A DNA stretch of 63,511 nt, the filler included. It is 5 parts of 5 records of this genome, joined end to end, with 100 filler letters (N's around TTAATTAATTAA, not from the genome) between each part and the next. Parts side by side here need not be neighbours in the genome. Positions count along the whole stretch, not along the records: positions 58,495 to 63,511 come from DRR723986_59360; 4 more parts are not named here. The stretch is one strand, 5' to 3'. The notes beneath the pieces were generated by a model. That model was not told where the DNA came from, did no database searches, and worked only from the letters and a program-made list of their open reading frames with translations. The translations under genes and the position numbers were made by a program. Of this stretch, positions 58,706 to 63,511 are shown piece after piece; position 1 is the first letter of the stretch, and each line of letters opens with the position of its first letter.

Positions 58706-61700
58706 ATGCGTCTCAAAACGTACAGCCAACTTCTTCTGCTCGCCGCGTTCGTTGCTACTGCGGCAACGGCGCTTCGCACCACGCATGCCGACGACTTCCC
58801 AAAGATTTATAACAGCGAGTCGCAACCTGGGGAACCGATGTCTCCAGAGGAGGCTGTGGAGGCACTGCGACTGCCCAAGGGCTTTGAAGCCAACTTGTTT
58901 GCCGCCGAACCAGATGTCCAGAATCCGATTGCCGCCTACGTCGATCATCGCAACCGCCTGTGGGTCGCTGAGAATTACACCTACGCCGAGCGATCACAGC
59001 GTTTCGACCTTTCGCTGAACGATCGCGTCGTCGTGCTGGAAGACACCGACGGTGATGGCGTCAGTGATAAGCGGACGGTCTTCGCAGACGACGTCAAGAT
59101 GTTGACTGGTATTACCGTCGGCCGAGGCGGTGTTTGGCTCATGTGCCCACCGCAACTGCTCTTCATTCCTGATGCAGACGGAGACCTCGTCCCAGACGGA
59201 CCGCCACAGGTGAAGCTGGATGGCTTTAACGTTGCCCGAGAAAATTACCATAACTTTGCAAATGGATTAAGCTGGGGCCCTGACAATTGGATGTACGGTC
59301 GTTGTGGAGCGAGTTGCCCAGGAATACTTGGGCTTCCTGGAACAACCGACGACACCCGAGTACCAATCCAAGGTGGGATGTGGCGATATCACCCAGAGCG
59401 ACAAGTTGTCGAAGTCCTGACGCACGGAACGACCAATCCCTGGGGACACGACTGGAACGAGTTTGGCGATCTGTTCTTCATCAATACCGTCAACGGCCAC
59501 TTGTGGCACGCCATTGCGGGAGCTCATTTCGAGCGAGCTCACACGATCGACACCAACCCACACAGCTACAAACTTATCGACATGCATGCCGACCATTGGC
59601 ACTTTGATACCGGTAAGAGCTGGACTGACTCTCGTGACGGAGCCGCGAATGACTTCGGTGGCGGTCATGCGCATATCGGGATGAAGATCAATCACGCGTC
59701 CACTTGGCCGGAGCAGTACCAAGGAAAGCTCTTAACGGTCAACATGCACGGACGACGATTGAATTCAGAGAGGCTGTTGCGGTCCGGATCCGGTTACGTT
59801 GGTACTCACGACAAGGATTTCTTGCTGTCCGATGATACGTGGTTTCGCGGGATGGATATCCTGGCGTGCCAGGACGACAGCATGCTCATCATTGACTGGA
59901 GCGATACTGGCGAGTGTCATGATCACACAGGGGTGCACCGAACAAGCGGTCGTGTGTTTCGCGTCCAGTACAGGCCTTCCGACAAGCAGAAGACGGATTT
60001 GGATTCGGCCACGCCAGAGCAGCTTTGTGCCCTTGCGATTCTCGGGGACGAGTGGCACAGTCGGCGAGCGCGGATTTTGCTGAACAGGTCGCACTCTGAC
60101 GCCGATCGTCAGGCCGTCAATGAATTCGCAGTAATGTGCCTGAATGACAGCTCCTTTACCACCAGCCGCCGCCTCCGGGCCTTGTGGGTGTTAAATGCAA
60201 CTGGCTACGGAAGACTCCCCGAGACTCTATCGGAGCTGGTTTCATCGGACAATGAAGAATTGAGATGCTGGGCCGTTCGATTACTCAGCGACACTTGGCC
60301 ACTGGACCACGGCAACGGGAAGCGGCTGGATGGCCCATCGTTTACGGATACTGCTACGCTTCAAGCGTTCGAGGCGTTGGCCGTTGACGAGCAGTCACCA
60401 CGCGTACGCTTAGCGCTTGCCACCGTCCTGCAACGCTTGCCCCATATGAACCGAAGCGAGCTTGCATCGCGTCTGATGAACCATGCCTCGGATGCCGATG
60501 ATCATAATTTGCCGCTGATGGTCTGGTATGCTCTAACTCCGCTGGGTGACGCAGCAGACACTCTTGCAGCGTTGCCAAGTTTGGCGACAAAGTGCACCTG
60601 GAGCGAAACGCGTCAATTGATTATCCGGCGAGTGGCAGACCAGTGCGAAGAACATCCCGAACTGCTTGAGCAACTCGCTGCCGCGGCCGCAAAGGACGTC
60701 AGTTTTGCTAAAGACTTTGCGATCGGTTGCTCTCAGGCTTTCGCTGGTCGGCGTAAGGTTACCCAACCCCAAAACTGGGCGGTAATCCGGCAGTTGCTTT
60801 CACCCGAGGATACCGAAGCTAACCAGGCCGCTGAGAATCTGAGCATTTTGTTCGGTGATGGCAGGAAGATCAACGAACTGGTTGCACTTGCTCGAGACGG
60901 AAAACAACCCCTTGCAAAGCGGGTGGCTGCCGTGCAGACACTTGTCGAATCGCGTGCCGATGGAATCAAGCAACTCTGCATGGACCTGCTCAACACGCGT
61001 TTCTTGAATACTGTCGCTGCCCGAGGGCTGGCCAGTCTTGATGACCCCAAGATTGGCGACGCAATTGTCAAGGCGTACCGCAGATTTCACCCGTCGGAAA
61101 GATCGCAAGTTGTTTCCGTGCTGAGTAGTCGACCGGAATGGGCACAAGCTCTGTTGAATGCTGTCAGCACGGGTGCAATTGATCGCAGTGAGATATCTGC
61201 ATTCCAAGCCAGGCAAATTGCTAGTCATGAAGACGCCGAAACTGACGACCTGCTGCTCAAAGTGTGGGGGCAGGTCCGTGCAAGTTCGGCCGACAAGAAA
61301 GCCATGGCAGATAAACTGCGTGGGCTGCTTACCGCGTCGCGGTTGGCTGCGGCCGACAAGTCGAAGGGCAGGAAGATTTTCGCCAAATCCTGTGCAGTGT
61401 GCCATCGGCTTTATGGCCAGGGTGGGGCTCTGGGGCCGGACCTTACCGGCGCTCAGCGTTCGAATATGGACTTTCTCCTAGACAACATTGTGGACCCGAG
61501 CGCGGTCGTAACGGCTCAGTACCGGGCTACCAAAGTAATGCTTGATGACGGACGTGTGCTGAGCGGCTTGCTGACCAATGAAACAGATCGTTCGATCACG
61601 CTGGCGACACAAGAACAAACCTACACCATTCCCGTCGATGAGATCGAAGAGAAGCGTTTGTCGAGCAACTCCACCATGCCCGATGGCATCTTGTCACAAC

Positions 61701-61771
61701 TCTCAGAAGGCGAAATTATCGATCTATTCGCGTACTTGCAGAGCACCCAACAGGTGGAGCTCGCCCCCTAG
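58706..61771 (+). CDS. PVC-type heme-binding CxxCH protein (putative membrane-bound dehydrogenase)
   Basis: LPKGFEANLFAAEP, EDTDGDG and GTTNPWG propeller motifs; HEAT-like repeats; CAVCH..GPDLTG; S.MP.G. Confidence 0.92.
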   Translation: MRLKTYSQLLLLAAFVATAATALRTTHADDFPKIYNSESQPGEPMSPEEAVEALRLPKGFEANLFAAEPDVQNPIAAYVDHRNRLWVAENYTYAERSQRFDLSLNDRVVVLEDTDGDGVSDKRTVFADDVKMLTGITVGRGGVWLMCPPQLLFIPDADGDLVPDGPPQVKLDGFNVARENYHNFANGLSWGPDNWMYGRCGASCPGILGLPGTTDDTRVPIQGGMWRYHPERQVVEVLTHGTTNPWGHDWNEFGDLFFINTVNGHLWHAIAGAHFERAHTIDTNPHSYKLIDMHADHWHFDTGKSWTDSRDGAANDFGGGHAHIGMKINHASTWPEQYQGKLLTVNMHGRRLNSERLLRSGSGYVGTHDKDFLLSDDTWFRGMDILACQDDSMLIIDWSDTGECHDHTGVHRTSGRVFRVQYRPSDKQKTDLDSATPEQLCALAILGDEWHSRRARILLNRSHSDADRQAVNEFAVMCLNDSSFTTSRRLRALWVLNATGYGRLPETLSELVSSDNEELRCWAVRLLSDTWPLDHGNGKRLDGPSFTDTATLQAFEALAVDEQSPRVRLALATVLQRLPHMNRSELASRLMNHASDADDHNLPLMVWYALTPLGDAADTLAALPSLATKCTWSETRQLIIRRVADQCEEHPELLEQLAAAAAKDVSFAKDFAIGCSQAFAGRRKVTQPQNWAVIRQLLSPEDTEANQAAENLSILFGDGRKINELVALARDGKQPLAKRVAAVQTLVESRADGIKQLCMDLLNTRFLNTVAARGLASLDDPKIGDAIVKAYRRFHPSERSQVVSVLSSRPEWAQALLNAVSTGAIDRSEISAFQARQIASHEDAETDDLLLKVWGQVRASSADKKAMADKLRGLLTASRLAAADKSKGRKIFAKSCAVCHRLYGQGGALGPDLTGAQRSNMDFLLDNIVDPSAVVTAQYRATKVMLDDGRVLSGLLTNETDRSITLATQEQTYTIPVDEIEEKRLSSNSTMPDGILSQLSEGEIIDLFAYLQSTQQVELAP

Positions 61772-62041
61772 CGTGGGGCGTGGAAGCTTAGGAAAGCACG
61801 CGGTGGCCTGAATCGGCGTAGCAGATCCTATCCCCTTGGCGGCAGTTTGATTCGTAGAAACACCGTTATGTGGTCAGGCTGCCGACAATATCTGTTTCCG
61901 GCAGTGTGGATAGTGGCTAAAATGGGGGAATTCCCGCCCCAAGTTTCCCGCCGACTACTGGCTGCACGTGCGACTTTCACGCTCGAGAAGAGTTTGATAA
62001 AAGTTCATGCCGTTGCGGCTCTCCAACACTGATGCAATATT

Positions 62042-63364
62042 ATGCTTAATCGCAGGAACCTGCTGCAAGGCTTTGCAGCCAGCGCGGCTTTCGCCTCATC
62101 GTTGACTCCAGAACGCTTGCTGGCTGCGGCATCCGCCGACACCGTGAAAGGGACTCCGCGACGAGTTATCTTCTTTCTGCAAAACCAGGGCTTCGATCCC
62201 AAAACATGTTTGCCCACCGGTGCTGCAAACAATGGCTCTCTGGCCTCTGCAAGTCTGCCAGAGCCGATAAGCCCTTTGGAACCGTTCAAGGAACGTTTGC
62301 ATATTATCAACGGGCTGCACGGACTGCACACGAGCCCTTCGCACAGCGCCTTCTTTGGTGCACTTGGAGGTTATCGCGGCAGTGACGGTGTACCGCCGAG
62401 CGCTTCGACGATCGACTACGAGTTGAGCAAGTTGCTGCCACAGACACTGCTGCCGCATCTGTGCATTGGCATGGATTCGATGGAGAACATGCAGACGAAG
62501 CCGACCCTTGCCACGCTGTCGGCCAGTGGTGCTGGACAGCCGATTTTCATGCACTCCAATCCGAACCATCTGTACCAGATGCTCTACGGCGGCATAGCCA
62601 CCGGCGACATTCGCAAGCAGTATCATGCTCGATCAAATGCGCTCAAACAAGTTGAAGCACTGGCCGCTGCCAAAGCAGTTGGTTTGCCCGGCGGCGACTC
62701 GCTGCGGTATGGCCAGTATGTTCAGGGCTTCAAGGACGTAAATGGTTTGCAGCAGAAGTTGAGCAACGTCGCGGATCATTTGCGTAGCTTTGCACCCGAG
62801 ATTGACGAGCGTTACACGCGGCCTGAGTTTGAAACCGATTGGCACGACTGCCTGCTCGATCTAGGCATTTCCGCACTTTCCAGCGGCATTACCAACACGC
62901 TAACGATCGGCTCTGGACGAGGCGAGATCTTTGGTGCCTGGAAGGGAATTGGTGTTGAAGAACAGGGACACAATCTTGGGCACATGCAGCAGCCTGATAA
63001 TCCGATCTGGATCAAGATCCGTCAGTACAACTGCCGCATGCTGGTCCGCATTATGGAGAAGCTCGAGAGCGTACCCGAGGGAAGCGGTACGATGATGGAC
63101 AATACGCTGATCGTCTACACCAGCAACAACGCTGACAAACAACACACCAATGGAGCGAATTGGCCCGTCATGCTGCTCGGCAACATGAACGGGGCGCTGA
63201 AGACAGGCTGCGTGACGCAGTTGGACGGCAAGCGGCCCATCAACGCCCTTTACACATCATTGCTTCGCCTAGCCGGGCAGAACGTCGACCGCTTCAACAT
63301 GGATGAGAAGGTGGCCAAGAAATTTGATTCTGGCTCGGGACCACTGCGGGAAGTCTTGACATGA
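62042..63364 (+). CDS. DUF1552 domain-containing protein
   Basis: MLNRRNLL Tat-like leader; [20 protein letters not shown] and H...NWP motifs. Confidence 0.85.
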   Translation: MLNRRNLLQGFAASAAFASSLTPERLLAAASADTVKGTPRRVIFFLQNQGFDPKTCLPTGAANNGSLASASLPEPISPLEPFKERLHIINGLHGLHTSPSHSAFFGALGGYRGSDGVPPSASTIDYELSKLLPQTLLPHLCIGMDSMENMQTKPTLATLSASGAGQPIFMHSNPNHLYQMLYGGIATGDIRKQYHARSNALKQVEALAAAKAVGLPGGDSLRYGQYVQGFKDVNGLQQKLSNVADHLRSFAPEIDERYTRPEFETDWHDCLLDLGISALSSGITNTLTIGSGRGEIFGAWKGIGVEEQGHNLGHMQQPDNPIWIKIRQYNCRMLVRIMEKLESVPEGSGTMMDNTLIVYTSNNADKQHTNGANWPVMLLGNMNGALKTGCVTQLDGKRPINALYTSLLRLAGQNVDRFNMDEKVAKKFDSGSGPLREVLT

Positions 63365-63511
63365 GTCGCTTCAGTTCAATCGGCCTGACGCCGACAACAC
63401 TGGCTACCACAATCTCTACTGCATTGGCGAGCTGCCTGCTGGGGCTTCCAATCGCATTGGCTGCGGATCCTGTTCATCACTCCCCTGTCGGTCAGGCCCC
63501 TGTCGGTCAGG
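63361..63511 (+). CDS. Start of a coupled exported protein, 3'-truncated
   Basis: ATGA overlap with the DUF1552 stop; [20 protein letters not shown] signal-like sequence. Confidence 0.55.
   Translation, partial: MSRFSSIGLTPTTLATTISTALASCLLGLPIALAADPVHHSPVGQAPVGQ
63482..63511. repeat. 15-bp in-frame tandem repeat, two copies
   Basis: CCCCTGTCGGTCAGG twice at the window end. Confidence 0.8.

Noticed and set aside
61923-61941. TGGGGGAATTCCCGCCCCA, similar to the contig-1 enhancer motif
   Set aside because: Different organism, and no correctly spaced -24/-12 element was found downstream.

Overview
This window is not one genome segment. It is five unrelated contigs joined by identical 100-nt linkers (N44-TTAATTAATTAA-N44) at 29005-29104, 42966-43065, 51984-52083 and 58395-58494. 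Taxonomic labels below are judged from gene style only. (1) 1-29004 is an AT-rich Bacteroidota (Cyclobacteriaceae/Algoriphagus-like) contig. It carries DUF4301, pxpABC, a signalling cluster (CHASE3 kinase, two single-domain receivers, a REC-PAS hybrid kinase and a sigma-54 activator) interleaved with stress genes (lmo0937-like, YtxH, dps), arfB, an rpiA pseudogene, a ThuA/PmoA/Gfo-Idh-MocA cluster, a TrpF-like gene, an S8 protease and partial rpe. (2) 29105-42965 is a Flavobacteriales-like contig: atpA-atpG separated by a REP-like palindrome, rnpA, an S41 protease, an O-antigen ligase, T9SS cargo proteins, an amidase, ssb and a partial tRNA-Asn. (3) 43066-51983 is a Marinobacter-like gammaproteobacterial contig: a probable PEP-CTERM gene with a sigma-54 promoter, an MBL-hydrolase pseudogene, two candidate toxin/immunity modules and the start of a GDP-mannose-derived polysaccharide locus. 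(4) 52084-58394 is a Rhizobiales-like accessory contig: a GAF kinase, an IS1182-like remnant, a PruR-DcpA-like pterin/c-di-GMP pair and HipA. (5) 58495-63511 is a Planctomycetota contig: a PVC-type heme CxxCH protein and DUF1552. The best candidate for an undescribed system is a sigma-54-dependent general-stress circuit in contig 1, where matching non-canonical -24/-12 promoters and a shared upstream motif precede both the lmo0937-like gene and dps. The next best candidates are the orphan effector/immunity-like modules in contig 3. All family calls come from motif recognition; no database searches were run.
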